Positions 19,197 through 29,234 are shown, numbered from the stretch's first letter. The stretch: DNA of 64,000 nt from Lentisphaeria bacterium (GCA_022768375.1 JALEMG010000026.1:2259-66258); one strand, 5' to 3'. The notes: generated by a model from the letters alone, not told the origin. Numbers and translations: made by a program.

Positions 19197-20678
19197 TCAC
19201 TTGATCCGTTTCAGAATCCCCGCCCTGAGTCCGTCGGGATCGGCGGGATTGAGCAGATGTGCTTTGACGGTGACGTAGACCCGGGTCTTCTCCATCGTGG
19301 TGGTTTCCGTACTGAAAAGATAACGCAGGATCGGAATTTCCGACAGGTACGGCATGCCGATGATCTGCGTCACGGTGGTATTCTTCTCCCAGCGGCCGAG
19401 GACAACCTCCTCGTCCAGCGGGATCAGCGAATTTCCGCTGATCCGGGAGGTTTCGATCAGTTCCGCGCCGACATTGTTGCGTTCGACCGCGGAGGCCGAC
19501 TGCACCTCGTATCCGAAAAACAACGTTCCCCCGGGCGCCCGGAACCTGGCCGGATCGTACGGGTCCACGGTAAAAATCTCCCGCTCGGGATAACCGCTCT
19601 GCGGATTGCCGTAACTGAGATTGACCACCGGGCCGACGATCTTCGCATAAGTCTGGTAAACATCGTCTTCCGCCGCCAGTTGACTGGTGGTGACACTGGT
19701 CTGATCGTTGTTGCTTTTGACGATGTTCTGCGACTGCGGATTGAAGAATATCTTGTATTCGGCGGTGTTGGAATTGGACACGGTCAGCGTCGCGGTGTCG
19801 GCGATCTCCGCGTGACCGTGCTGCTGCAGCAGCCGGATGAAACTGGCGTCGAACTGGGGCGCGAAGAAAAAACCGCCGAAAGGACCGGACAGCGCCTGCA
19901 GCGCCGCACTCCCCGCCGACGACAGTCCGAACGCCTCGAATCCGGCCTGAAACATATTCAGCCCCGGGCCGTTTTTCCACGCAAGGTATTCCACGCCGAG
20001 GTCCCGCAGCGTACTCTCCCGGACCTCGAAAATGGTGAACTCCAGCGTGATCTGCGGCGGCGGACGGTCGAGAAAACTCAAGAATTGGTAAACGTAGGAG
20101 GTGTTGGAGGCGTTGTCCTTCCAGTAAATCTGATTGCTGTTGGCGTCGTACGCGTAGATCGCACCCGCCGGACCTTCGCCGATCACCGAATTGATCAGCA
20201 CGTCGGCAATCGCCTGCCCGGAGCGGTAAAGCGGCCGGTATACCGCCCGGGTGATGCCGGTACCCTGAATGATTTCCCCGGGGACTCGACCGGCGACTTT
20301 GACCGCCCGATCCGCCTTGGCGACGAATTCGTCCACATACGGCATCATTTTTACCGGACAGGTCACGGTCAGCCACTGCTGATTGTTTCCGTAACTGACG
20401 CTGTCCACCGTACTGTTGACGTTGTAGCGCATGACCATACCGCTGACGAACGGAATCAGGTCATTTCCCTGCACGTATTTGAGTTGGTAGATTTTGGACA
20501 CCATCCGATCCTGGGCGTCGTCCTGGATCAGATGCACCTTGCGGACTTTCGGGGGCGCCGACGGGGGGACATCGGTCCCGGTCTGTCCCATCAGCGGCAT
20601 GCCGCCGAGGATGCACCACAGGCACAGCACGGCGGCCCGCCGCTTCCGAAACGACATCGGATTGCACGCGGTCATCAT
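19197..20678 (-). CDS. secretin (GspD/PilQ superfamily), paralogue 2
   Basis: Signal peptide and the C-terminal signature GMPYLSEIPILRYLFSTET. Its architecture is collinear with the adjacent secretin. The exact start (M1 or M8) is uncertain. Confidence 0.8.
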   Translation of the reverse strand: MMTACNPMSFRKRRAAVLCLWCILGGMPLMGQTGTDVPPSAPPKVRKVHLIQDDAQDRMVSKIYQLKYVQGNDLIPFVSGMVMRYNVNSTVDSVSYGNNQQWLTVTCPVKMMPYVDEFVAKADRAVKVAGRVPGEIIQGTGITRAVYRPLYRSGQAIADVLINSVIGEGPAGAIYAYDANSNQIYWKDNASNTSYVYQFLSFLDRPPPQITLEFTIFEVRESTLRDLGVEYLAWKNGPGLNMFQAGFEAFGLSSAGSAALQALSGPFGGFFFAPQFDASFIRLLQQHGHAEIADTATLTVSNSNTAEYKIFFNPQSQNIVKSNNDQTSVTTSQLAAEDDVYQTYAKIVGPVVNLSYGNPQSGYPEREIFTVDPYDPARFRAPGGTLFFGYEVQSASAVERNNVGAELIETSRISGNSLIPLDEEVVLGRWEKNTTVTQIIGMPYLSEIPILRYLFSTETTTMEKTRVYVTVKAHLLNPADPDGLRAGILKRIK

Positions 20679-20775
20679 TGACTCTCCTCATTTTGGGGCG
20701 CCGTTCTTCCGGCGGCGCCATTCTCCTCGACAGGAAAATCAATGTAAGCGTTTTGTCCGGAAACACAAGCCGGAG

Positions 20776-22650
20776 TTATGGAAAATTCCGGGGAATGCCG
20801 ACCCGGATCACCCATTCCCCGGCCACGGTCTCGCCGTTGAGGGCGCTGCGGCCGTAGTTGCGCTGGGCATCCAGCATCATGCGGACGTCTCCGCCTTGAA
20901 TTTTGACGACCTCCAGTTCCAGTCGGCCGCGAAGCAGGATCGCCGGCAGGATGACGAACTTGCGTTCGCTCCGCCCCGGCGCCGGAGGCGGCAGGACCCA
21001 TTCCCGATACCCTCCGTTGATGATCATCCCGACGGTCGCGGCCTCCGCATTACGCATCATGATCTGAAGTTCGACCGGAGCGGTCACTCCGACGGCGAAG
21101 GTTTTGCCGATCCGCATGCCGAAGCGCAGCGGCACTTCCCGCCAGTCGCCCCACGGCGCCGGACCGTGATCGAAGTACATGAGATTCGGTCCGTTCATAT
21201 CCAGGCAAATTCCGTCCGGATGGATCGCCCGCTGAATCCCTGCTTCGCAGGCCCGGTAGCAGTCGTAGGCCCGGGAGGAGACCCAGCATGACGCGAGCAG
21301 CACCGCCGCCGCGCCCGCCGCCGGACGCCACTGTTTCGCCGCGCGCCACCGCCGCCAGGCCGCCGCCCACGCGCACAGACCGCCGCCGCCGAAAATCGCC
21401 AGAAACGGCAGCAGCGGAGCCTTGAACCGGGAAAGAATGTAGAACATCACCACCGTAAGGTAGAACGCCACGGTAAAACCGTAAAGCAGCGGCAGTTCGC
21501 CCCGGCGCTCCCGCCGCAGCGTCGGGATGAACCACAGCATTCCGGCCAATCCCAGCGCCAGCAGAATATGATTGCGTCCGCACAGCAGATAACGGAGGAT
21601 CAGAGAGTGAGCCGCGCCGTCGTATTCCAGCGATACGTTATTGGGAATCTCCCTCCCGTCCCAGAACAGCAGGGCCTTGCGAAACTGCAGTTCCGCAAAT
21701 CCCCACGGGTCGGCGGTCAGCCAGTCCCGCATCTGCGCCGGAACCGACCGGGCATATTCCCCTCGGGTATTGGCCATCATCCGCCGGTAAGATTCGGAGT
21801 AGTACATCGCGCCCGCCGTCTCTCCGGGGTTTCTGCCGCCGGCCGGCGCATCGGCCCCGTTTCCGAGCGCCAGCACCGCGTCGGCCGCGGTGGACGGCCC
21901 CCGCAGCGCTCCCGCACTCACGCTGTTGCGGAGGATGAACGGCAACTGCACCGCCAGCAGGGAAACGGCGAAAATTACCGGAAACAGCCATCCGCGGGGG
22001 CCTTTCGGCCTTCTCCGTATCAGAAATCCCGCGATCACCGGCACCAGCAGCCAGACGTTGCCCCGGGTCAAGATCGCGATCCCCGTCACGCCGCCGACGG
22101 CGAACCAGCCCCCCGGGGATTGCCGCTCCCCTGCCCGCAGCGTCAGCGCGAACAGCAGGATCAGATGAAACGTCTGCAGCGTCTCATTCTGGTGAAACGG
22201 CACATACAAAATCAGCGAAGAGGACACCGCGGTCAGCGCCGCCGCCAGCAATCCCGCCCGCTCGGAGAAAACCTTGCGGGCGCACCAGCCGGTCAGAAAC
22301 ACCGTGGCGGCGCTCAGAATCGACTGGATCACAATGACCGCGTAAACCGCCGCCCCGCCGAACATCCGGTATATCGCGGCCAGAAACACGGCATAATAGT
22401 ACGGCTGATAATAAAATTCCGTCGGGAAGTCCCCGGCGGCGCAGGCCCGGCCGAGCGTCATGTAGGTGGCCAGATCGCTGGTCGGCGGCGGGGTGAACAT
22501 GTTGCCGACTCCGTTCCCGGCCCGGGACATTTCCCACGCCGCCGCCAGCCGGAGCAGCCACGCCGCCAGCGCGATGACGGTCAGCGACCGAACAAAAAAA
22601 ACGCTGGAGCGGTCTTTTCCGGCGTCGAGATCTGGTTCTGCGGCACGCAT
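20776..22650 (-). CDS. ArnT/PMT-like (GT39/GT83-type) polytopic glycosyltransferase with a C-terminal periplasmic beta-rich domain
   Basis: About 12 predicted TM helices in a PMT_2-like layout, plus a soluble tail of about 190 aa. The start overlaps the frr stop (TGATG). Confidence 0.65.
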   Translation of the reverse strand: MRAAEPDLDAGKDRSSVFFVRSLTVIALAAWLLRLAAAWEMSRAGNGVGNMFTPPPTSDLATYMTLGRACAAGDFPTEFYYQPYYYAVFLAAIYRMFGGAAVYAVIVIQSILSAATVFLTGWCARKVFSERAGLLAAALTAVSSSLILYVPFHQNETLQTFHLILLFALTLRAGERQSPGGWFAVGGVTGIAILTRGNVWLLVPVIAGFLIRRRPKGPRGWLFPVIFAVSLLAVQLPFILRNSVSAGALRGPSTAADAVLALGNGADAPAGGRNPGETAGAMYYSESYRRMMANTRGEYARSVPAQMRDWLTADPWGFAELQFRKALLFWDGREIPNNVSLEYDGAAHSLILRYLLCGRNHILLALGLAGMLWFIPTLRRERRGELPLLYGFTVAFYLTVVMFYILSRFKAPLLPFLAIFGGGGLCAWAAAWRRWRAAKQWRPAAGAAAVLLASCWVSSRAYDCYRACEAGIQRAIHPDGICLDMNGPNLMYFDHGPAPWGDWREVPLRFGMRIGKTFAVGVTAPVELQIMMRNAEAATVGMIINGGYREWVLPPPAPGRSERKFVILPAILLRGRLELEVVKIQGGDVRMMLDAQRNYGRSALNGETVAGEWVIRVGIPRNFP

Positions 22651-23216
22651 CAGACCGTCATCAGTTCCTTTTCCTTGGCCGAATACATGGCGTCGACCCT
22701 GGCGATGTAACTGTCCGTGATCTTCTGAATGTCCTCCAGCATTTTCTTGCGTTCGTCCTCGGTCAGTTCTCCGTCCTTTTCAAACTTCTTCACCGCGTCG
22801 TTGCCTTCACGACGGATATTGCGCAACGCGACTTTCGCCTCTTCCGCGCTGCTCTTGGCCTGACGGCTGAGCGAAGCGCGGCGGTCCTGACTCAACTCCG
22901 GGATCGGCAGTTTCAGCGTCTTGCCGTCGCTCATCGGGGTGATCCCGATATTGGAAGCCAGCAGAGCCTTTTCGATGCTTTTCACCGCGGACGCGTCCCA
23001 CGGCTGAATGACCAGCAGCCGCGGCTCCGGCGCGGTGATTCCCGCCGCGTCCCGGATCCGGGTCTGGGTGCCGTAGTACTCGAACGTGATGTTTTCGACC
23101 AGAGCCGGAGAAGCCTTGCCGGTGCGGATCCCGCTGAACATGCCGGAAAGCGCATCCTCGGTCTTCATCATGTTTTCTTCCAGTTCATCCAACAAAGTGT
23201 CTACTGTGTACGCCAT
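22650..23216 (-). CDS. frr: ribosome recycling factor
   Basis: Similarity to Frr along the full length (IRTGKASPALVENI...LSQDRR...). Confidence 0.95.
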   Translation of the reverse strand: MAYTVDTLLDELEENMMKTEDALSGMFSGIRTGKASPALVENITFEYYGTQTRIRDAAGITAPEPRLLVIQPWDASAVKSIEKALLASNIGITPMSDGKTLKLPIPELSQDRRASLSRQAKSSAEEAKVALRNIRREGNDAVKKFEKDGELTEDERKKMLEDIQKITDSYIARVDAMYSAKEKELMTV

Positions 23217-23249
23217 TTTGACATATCCTTTCCTTGCTTGGAAAATCCG

Positions 23250-23702
23250 TTATTCCGCTTCGACGGCAACCGGGGCGGAACACAGCGTCTCAAGGCTTTT
23301 TTTCAACTCCCGCCGGCCGACGGAACGCAGACCGCAGATATCCCGCTTCATATTCTCCCGGGGCGACGCATTCCCCTGCTCCCACATGCTGACCGTGTGG
23401 GGGGCGACGCCCAGCAGTGCCGCGAATTTGCTCTGGGACAATTTGAGTTTGGTCCGAATCCGAACGATCCCGGCGGCATTAAGCCGTCTTTTGACGCCGG
23501 AGTTTTCCCCGCAAGCCGTTTCCTGAACCGGAACTTCCGGCATCGGGACCGCCTTTTTCAATTCGGCGATCTCACGTTTCAAATCCCGGATCGCCTGCTT
23601 CTGCTCGGCAACCGTCTTTTGCAGCGGCAGTACGGCCTGTTTCACTTCCTTGCGGGCCAAACGACGAATCTCCTCACCGAGAACCTGTTTGATATCCGGC
23701 AT
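23250..23702 (-). CDS. XRE-family helix-turn-helix protein with an N-terminal coiled coil
   Basis: Internal ATG preceded by AAGGAGG. It has a C-terminal HTH (LKLSQSKFAALLGVAPHTVSMWEQG). Confidence 0.6.
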   Translation of the reverse strand: MPDIKQVLGEEIRRLARKEVKQAVLPLQKTVAEQKQAIRDLKREIAELKKAVPMPEVPVQETACGENSGVKRRLNAAGIVRIRTKLKLSQSKFAALLGVAPHTVSMWEQGNASPRENMKRDICGLRSVGRRELKKSLETLCSAPVAVEAE

Positions 23703-23904
23703 AACGACCTCCTTATCTTTCGCAATCGACTCCAGCCGAACTGAACATATACGCGGCAACAGGCGCACGGAACGCCGAATCCTGCCGGACGTTAATGTAA
23801 CTTTGCGAACGGTTATTTTCAAGTATCGGGAAGGACTTTTTTCCCTTTTTTCGATTTCTTCACGCATTTGTGCCGAAAAACCGTCACTTCCCGGCGCAGA
23901 ACGC

Positions 23905-23932
23905 TTGAAAAGCGCGGCACCGGGTGTATATT
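23905..23932 (+). promoter_or_regulatory. sigma70-like promoter for gpsA
   Basis: TTGAAA, 16-nt spacer, TATATT with an upstream TG. It lies about 55 nt before the gpsA ATG. Confidence 0.45.
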
Positions 23933-23988
23933 TTCCCATTGAGCGGAATCAGGCGGACAAACCGGCAATTCATGGAGCATTCAAAACA

Positions 23989-24984
23989 ATGAAAATCACT
24001 GTAATCGGCGACGGCGCATGGGGTACAGCACTGGCGCTGAATCTGTTGTACAATCGACACAATGTGACGTTGTGGGGCGCCTTCCCCGACTATCTGGACG
24101 CGGTTCGGGAACGCGGGGAAAATTTTAAATTCCTGCCCGGGGTCGCTCTGCCGGAAGAACTCCGGCTGTGCCCGGACATGAGCGAAGCGGTCGCCAACAG
24201 CGATTTCCTTCTGCTGGCCACGCCGACCCAATACCTGCGGGGCACGCTGAAGCGACTGGCTCCCGTATTCCGCCGGGACACCCCGGTCATCAACGTTGCC
24301 AAAGGGATCGAAGTGGAGAGTTGGAAGCGGATCAGCGGGATCATCGCGGACGAGTTGGGCGAAGTGAACTTCATCGACCTTTCCGGTCCCAGTCATGCGG
24401 AGGAGGTTTCCCGCAAGGTACCCACCGCCGTGGTCGCGGCTTCGACGGACCCGGCGCTGGCGGAAGCGGTGCAGAAACTGATGATGAACGAATTTTTCCG
24501 GGTCTACACCTCCGCCGACGTGATCGGGGTGGAACTGGGCGGAGCGCTGAAAAACGTCATGGCCATCGCCGCCGGGATCATCGACGGCATGAGATTGGGC
24601 GACAACCCCAAAGCCGCCATGATGACCCGGGGCATCTCCGAAATGAGCAAACTGGGCGAAGCGCTGGGCGGTCAGCGCTCCACCTTTGCCGGATTGAGCG
24701 GGATCGGGGACCTGATCGTCACCTGCACCAGCGGCCACAGCCGCAACCGTCATGTGGGAGAAGAACTCGGGCGTGGCAAGACCATGGAGCAGATCCGGCA
24801 GGAAATGGGCATGGTGGTGGCCGAAGGCGTACCCACGGCCCGGGGCGCATTCACATTGGCCGCACAGCACGGAGTGAGTACGCCGATCACCGATGAGATC
24901 TACCATATCCTCTACCGGCAGCGGGATGTTCACGACGCCATCCGCAGTCTGATGATGCGCCGGGCCAAACCGGAGGAGGATTGA
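23989..24984 (+). CDS. gpsA: NAD(P)H-dependent glycerol-3-phosphate dehydrogenase
   Basis: MKITVIGDGAWGTALA Rossmann start and GpsA-like sequence throughout. The internal ATG of the longer ORF was used. Confidence 0.9.
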   Translation: MKITVIGDGAWGTALALNLLYNRHNVTLWGAFPDYLDAVRERGENFKFLPGVALPEELRLCPDMSEAVANSDFLLLATPTQYLRGTLKRLAPVFRRDTPVINVAKGIEVESWKRISGIIADELGEVNFIDLSGPSHAEEVSRKVPTAVVAASTDPALAEAVQKLMMNEFFRVYTSADVIGVELGGALKNVMAIAAGIIDGMRLGDNPKAAMMTRGISEMSKLGEALGGQRSTFAGLSGIGDLIVTCTSGHSRNRHVGEELGRGKTMEQIRQEMGMVVAEGVPTARGAFTLAAQHGVSTPITDEIYHILYRQRDVHDAIRSLMMRRAKPEED

Positions 24985-24988
24985 GCGG

Positions 24989-25864
24989 ATGCGTCTGTCG
25001 GTCTCGTCGAACCTCTTTTCCTCCGCAGGGGACCCGGAAGACGCATTGCGGCTGATCAGCGAAACCGGATTCACCCATATCATGTGGGGACACCACTGGA
25101 ACAGTGATTTCGCGTACGGACGGTACGAATTGTCCGCCATCGCCGGTATGCTCCGGCGGTATCACCTTACGCTGCAGGACGTTCACGGCTGTGCCAACGC
25201 GGAGAAAAGTTGGTTCTCGGTGCTGGAGTACCAGCGAAAGGCCGGGATCGAGTTGATCGTCAATCGGCTGCGGATGATGAAGCGCCTCGGCGCCACCGGC
25301 GTGCTGGTCATGCACCAGCCGCGGATCAAGGCGGACTCCTCCCCCGGGGAAATCGCTTACAAACGTCGGCAGTTCGATTCCCTGCGGCGGTCGATGGACG
25401 AAATCACGCCGATTCTGGAAAAAATGGACGCCCGCATCGCGCTGGAGAACATGCCGGGGGATACCTGGGAGTTCCTCAAATACCTGCTGGACAATTATCC
25501 GGCGGACCGTTTCGGGTTCTGCTTCGATTCCGGGCATGCCAACATTGACCTGCGCAAGCAGTTCGCGGAGTGCGAAGCGTATCGATCCCGGATATGGGCG
25601 GTCCACCTGCACGACAACGACGGGACCGGCGACCAGCATCAGGCCCCGTTCTACGGCACGGTGGACTGGCAGCGCGTCGCCCGGATGCTGGACTCCTCCG
25701 GATATGAGGGGGTCATCAATTTTGAACTGCACATCCAGAAAACCGGATTTTTTTCGCCGGAGCATCCGGCCGCGGCCCAGCCGCCGGAAAACGTGCGGGC
25801 TTATCTGACCGACACCTACGCCCGATGCGAAAAATTCGGCGCCATGTGCCGACGCGGAGTGTAA
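24989..25864 (+). CDS. sugar phosphate isomerase/epimerase (xylose-isomerase-like TIM barrel)
   Basis: AP-endonuclease-2/TIM-barrel family features (ALENMPG, FDSGHANI, HLHDNDG). Confidence 0.7.
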   Translation: MRLSVSSNLFSSAGDPEDALRLISETGFTHIMWGHHWNSDFAYGRYELSAIAGMLRRYHLTLQDVHGCANAEKSWFSVLEYQRKAGIELIVNRLRMMKRLGATGVLVMHQPRIKADSSPGEIAYKRRQFDSLRRSMDEITPILEKMDARIALENMPGDTWEFLKYLLDNYPADRFGFCFDSGHANIDLRKQFAECEAYRSRIWAVHLHDNDGTGDQHQAPFYGTVDWQRVARMLDSSGYEGVINFELHIQKTGFFSPEHPAAAQPPENVRAYLTDTYARCEKFGAMCRRGV

Positions 25865-25867
25865 CAA

Positions 25868-26488
25868 ATGAAAATCGCGGTCATCGACTACAATATGGGT
25901 AATCTGGCATCCGTGACCAAAGCACTGCGGTACCACGGCGCCGAACCGGAACTGGTCTCCCGTCCGGCGGATCTGCCCCGGTTCGACTGTGCCGTCCTGC
26001 CGGGGGTGGGCAATTTCGGGGACGGAATGGAGAATTTGAACGCTTCCGGCATGAACGGCGCGGTCAAGGCGTTCATCCGGGCGGGCAAACCGCTTTTCGG
26101 CATTTGTCTGGGCATGCAGATGCTCCTTGAATCCAGCGAGGAGGCCCCCGGAGTAACCGGACTGGGCATATTCCCGGGCGGCTGCCGCCGATTTCCCTCC
26201 GGAAGTCTGAAAGTGCCGCAGATCAGTTGGAATGTGGCGAAGTTCACCGATCGGCATCCGCTGAGCGCCGGTCTGCCGGAGCAGCCGTATTTTTATTTCG
26301 TCCACTCGTATTATGTCCCGCCGGGGGACTGCACAATCGCCCGCGGGGAGTACATCGTCCCCTTCTCCGCCGCCATCGGCGCGGGAATGTGTTTCGCCAC
26401 CCAGTTTCACCCGGAAAAAAGTCAGGACACGGGACTGAAACTGCTGAAAAACTTCCTGACTTTGGCGGAAGATCATGCAAAAAAGTGA
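25868..26488 (+). CDS. hisH: imidazole glycerol phosphate synthase, glutaminase subunit
   Basis: MKIAVIDYNMGN start, GICLGMQ nucleophile elbow and a C-terminal HPEKS. Confidence 0.9.
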   Translation: MKIAVIDYNMGNLASVTKALRYHGAEPELVSRPADLPRFDCAVLPGVGNFGDGMENLNASGMNGAVKAFIRAGKPLFGICLGMQMLLESSEEAPGVTGLGIFPGGCRRFPSGSLKVPQISWNVAKFTDRHPLSAGLPEQPYFYFVHSYYVPPGDCTIARGEYIVPFSAAIGAGMCFATQFHPEKSQDTGLKLLKNFLTLAEDHAKK

Positions 26489-27107
26489 ACGCTATCGGCG
26501 GATCTACGATCTGCTTTTTGCCGAGTACGGGGAGTGTGCCTGTCCGCTGGAACATCATTCGCCGTTTCAACTGCTGGCGGCGGTAATGCTCTCCGCCCAG
26601 TGCCGGGACGAGCGCGTCAATCAGGTGACGAAGGAACTTTTTCGCCGCGCGCCGGATGCCGAACGCATGAGCGAACTTGCCCCGGAGGAGATCGAAGCGA
26701 TCATCCGTCCCTGCGGGCTTTCCCGCAACAAAAGCCGCAATCTTCACGACTGCGCCGCGATGCTTGTGCGGAAATACGACGGAGAAGTGCCCCGCACGAT
26801 GGAACAACTGATCGAACTGCCGGGGATCGGGAGAAAAAGCGCCAACGTACTGCTGGGAAACGCGTTCGGCATTCCTGGGTTCCCCGTGGACACCCATGTT
26901 CTTCGACTGCTGAACCGCATCGGGATGGTGCGCAGCGACTCGCCGGAAGCGATCGAAGCGGACGTGAATGCCGCGGTCCCTCCGGACTTGTGGACCAATT
27001 TTTCCCACATTCTGATCCAGCACGGGCGCAGGGTCTGCGCCAGCAGGAAACCGGCCTGCGAACGGTGCGTGCTGACGGGAGTGTGCCGACGTCAGGGAGT
27101 GAAGTGA
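26475..27107 (+). CDS. nth: endonuclease III
   Basis: HhH-GPD motif (LPGIGRKSANVLL) and a C-x6-C-x2-C-x5-C iron-sulfur cluster at the C-terminus. Confidence 0.9.
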   Translation: MQKSERYRRIYDLLFAEYGECACPLEHHSPFQLLAAVMLSAQCRDERVNQVTKELFRRAPDAERMSELAPEEIEAIIRPCGLSRNKSRNLHDCAAMLVRKYDGEVPRTMEQLIELPGIGRKSANVLLGNAFGIPGFPVDTHVLRLLNRIGMVRSDSPEAIEADVNAAVPPDLWTNFSHILIQHGRRVCASRKPACERCVLTGVCRRQGVK

Positions 27108-27108
27108 A

Positions 27109-27771
27109 ATGTCGTTCAAACAGCGTTTCCGCAAAATCAGGAAATTTCCTACCTGGATTTATTTTTTTCCCGCCGTGCTGATGCGGGCGATCTTCAAACT
27201 GTGCTACCGCTTTGAACTGGTGGACCCGATGCATCTGTGCGATGATCCGCGGAAACTCGTGGGGCTGATCTGGCACAACCGGCTGTTGTTTCTGCCGGTG
27301 GCCTTCCCCTACCGGCTGAGAAAGACCGCATTTGCGATGGTCAGTTCCTCCCGGGACGGCCAGTATCTGACCGATTTTCTCTCCCACTTTTCCGTTCGGA
27401 CGCTGCGCGGCTCCTCCAGCCGCAAGGGAGCGAACGCGCTGCTGGGAGCAATTCATGCGATTGAAAGCGGCAGCAATGTGATCATCACGCCGGACGGCCC
27501 GCGGGGGCCGAAGTACCGGATCAAAAGCGGTCCGGTCCTGCTGGCGTCCAAAACCGGCGGACGGCTCGTTCCCTTCATCATCAACGCTTCGAAGTGCTGG
27601 CAACTGAAAAGTTGGGATAATTTTCAGATCCCGAAGCCGGGGGCGAAACTGATCATGCGGATCGGCACCCCGATCTCCGTGCCGCCGACGCTTACGGACG
27701 AGGAGGTGGAGGCGTTCCGTCTCCGGACGGAACAGGCGATGCGGGAGATCACTGTCGATCCGGAGTTGTGA
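27109..27771 (+). CDS. DUF374-family lysophospholipid acyltransferase-like protein
   Basis: SSSRDGQ...TPDGPRGP motifs typical of DUF374. Confidence 0.7.
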   Translation: MSFKQRFRKIRKFPTWIYFFPAVLMRAIFKLCYRFELVDPMHLCDDPRKLVGLIWHNRLLFLPVAFPYRLRKTAFAMVSSSRDGQYLTDFLSHFSVRTLRGSSSRKGANALLGAIHAIESGSNVIITPDGPRGPKYRIKSGPVLLASKTGGRLVPFIINASKCWQLKSWDNFQIPKPGAKLIMRIGTPISVPPTLTDEEVEAFRLRTEQAMREITVDPEL

Positions 27772-28282
27772 CCGTCGACTCCGATCCGCGGGGGCAGTCG
27801 TGCAGCGCGGCCAGTCCGCCGTGTTCCCACAGCCCCAGCGCGGCGCCGCAGAGCAATTGAAACAGCCCCCAGAAGATCACGATCCGGACGAAATTCCGCG
27901 CGTGATGCGGAATGGACGGACGGCGCAGACGGAAGGTGTAAAACGTCACCCCCGCCCAGACGATCAGCGCCTGCGCCGCGTCGAACGCGCCGAGCGCCAG
28001 TGCTTCGTGACCGGCAAAGGACAGCCGGACTCCCGCGCACCACGCGAACGCCCCCGCGATCCACAGCGGCAGATACGCCGGCAACAGCAGAAACCAGAGT
28101 GCAAAGCCGTGCACCGCCTCCCGGGACAGATCGTAGCGGTCGACGGAGCCGAATACCGTCGCCGCGGCCGTCAGCAGGATGTAAAACAGGATGGCCAGCG
28201 AAAACTCCCGCCATTCCCGCCGCAGTTTCTCGCTCAGTTGATTCCGGGGGGCCGACATGAAGTATGTGCCTTTTCTCGCCAT
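27749..28282 (-). CDS. hypothetical integral membrane protein
   Basis: 4-5 hydrophobic helices. I recognise no family. It is co-oriented with the corA-like gene and directly downstream of it. Confidence 0.35.
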   Translation of the reverse strand: MARKGTYFMSAPRNQLSEKLRREWREFSLAILFYILLTAAATVFGSVDRYDLSREAVHGFALWFLLLPAYLPLWIAGAFAWCAGVRLSFAGHEALALGAFDAAQALIVWAGVTFYTFRLRRPSIPHHARNFVRIVIFWGLFQLLCGAALGLWEHGGLAALHDCPRGSESTVTTPDRQ

Positions 28283-28283
28283 G

Positions 28284-29234
28284 TCAACGTCTCCTCCGGT
28301 TGTGCGGTGTTCCGATGTCGCGCACCAAAAGGTACGTGATGTAGCCGACGGCCACCATGAACACCACCAGTCCGCTGTAAGCGTGCGGCCACCACAGACC
28401 TTCTGTCATCATCGTGAATTCCGACATTCCCCCCAGCCCGGTGATCACCGTCAGCGGCATGAACACGATGTTGATGACCGCCAGCAGTTTCATGATGTTG
28501 GAGAGGTTGTTGCTAGCGATGGTGCGGCGGGCTTCGGACATGCCGGTGAGAATTTCGGCGTAGATCTTGGCCAGATTGTCGCACTGTTTGTTCTCAATGG
28601 CGATGTCCTCCAGAAACTCCAGTTCCTCCGGCAGAAATCCGATGCGCCGGAAGTCGTCCCGCAACCGGCCGATCAACAGCAAATTGGCCCGGGTCGCCGA
28701 CTCATAGTAGGTCAGACTTTTCTGAAAGGAGAACACATTGACCATGGACTTGTTGGTCACGGCGTACCCGATCTTTTTCTCGATCTCGTCGGAAATATTC
28801 CGGATCAGCCGGAGATGCTGGAGGAAATGCTGAGTGGCATGATAGAGCAGCCGCAGCAGCACTCCGGGGATGCTGTTGCCCTTGAGCGGCATTTTGCCGT
28901 GCTCGAAAAGCGACGCCGGTTCCGGCTGCACCACGATGATGCGGTCCTGAAAGAGGAACGCGCCGAGGGAGGAGACGCGAAACGCCGTCATCTGGTCGAT
29001 CTCGATGTCCCGCGGGCGTTTCATGATCACCGCCACATGGTTCTGCTCGTACTCGACCCGGCTTATTTCGTCCTCGTCCAGAGCGGAATTCATGGTGTGC
29101 TCGTCGATCCCGCACTGTTCGATGAGGTAGAGTTTCTCCTCGTCGGTGGGATCGCTGTAAACCTGAATGACTCCGAGTTGCCCGTCCGGACAGCGCCGGA
29201 CCCGACCGTCAACAAGATCATAACATTTGAACAT
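28284..29234 (-). CDS. CorA-family divalent cation transporter with GMS in place of the GMN motif
   Basis: CorA-like cytoplasmic domain and two C-terminal TMs. The loop reads FMPLTVITGLGGMSEF where CorA has YGMNF. Confidence 0.75.
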   Translation of the reverse strand: MFKCYDLVDGRVRRCPDGQLGVIQVYSDPTDEEKLYLIEQCGIDEHTMNSALDEDEISRVEYEQNHVAVIMKRPRDIEIDQMTAFRVSSLGAFLFQDRIIVVQPEPASLFEHGKMPLKGNSIPGVLLRLLYHATQHFLQHLRLIRNISDEIEKKIGYAVTNKSMVNVFSFQKSLTYYESATRANLLLIGRLRDDFRRIGFLPEELEFLEDIAIENKQCDNLAKIYAEILTGMSEARRTIASNNLSNIMKLLAVINIVFMPLTVITGLGGMSEFTMMTEGLWWPHAYSGLVVFMVAVGYITYLLVRDIGTPHNRRRR

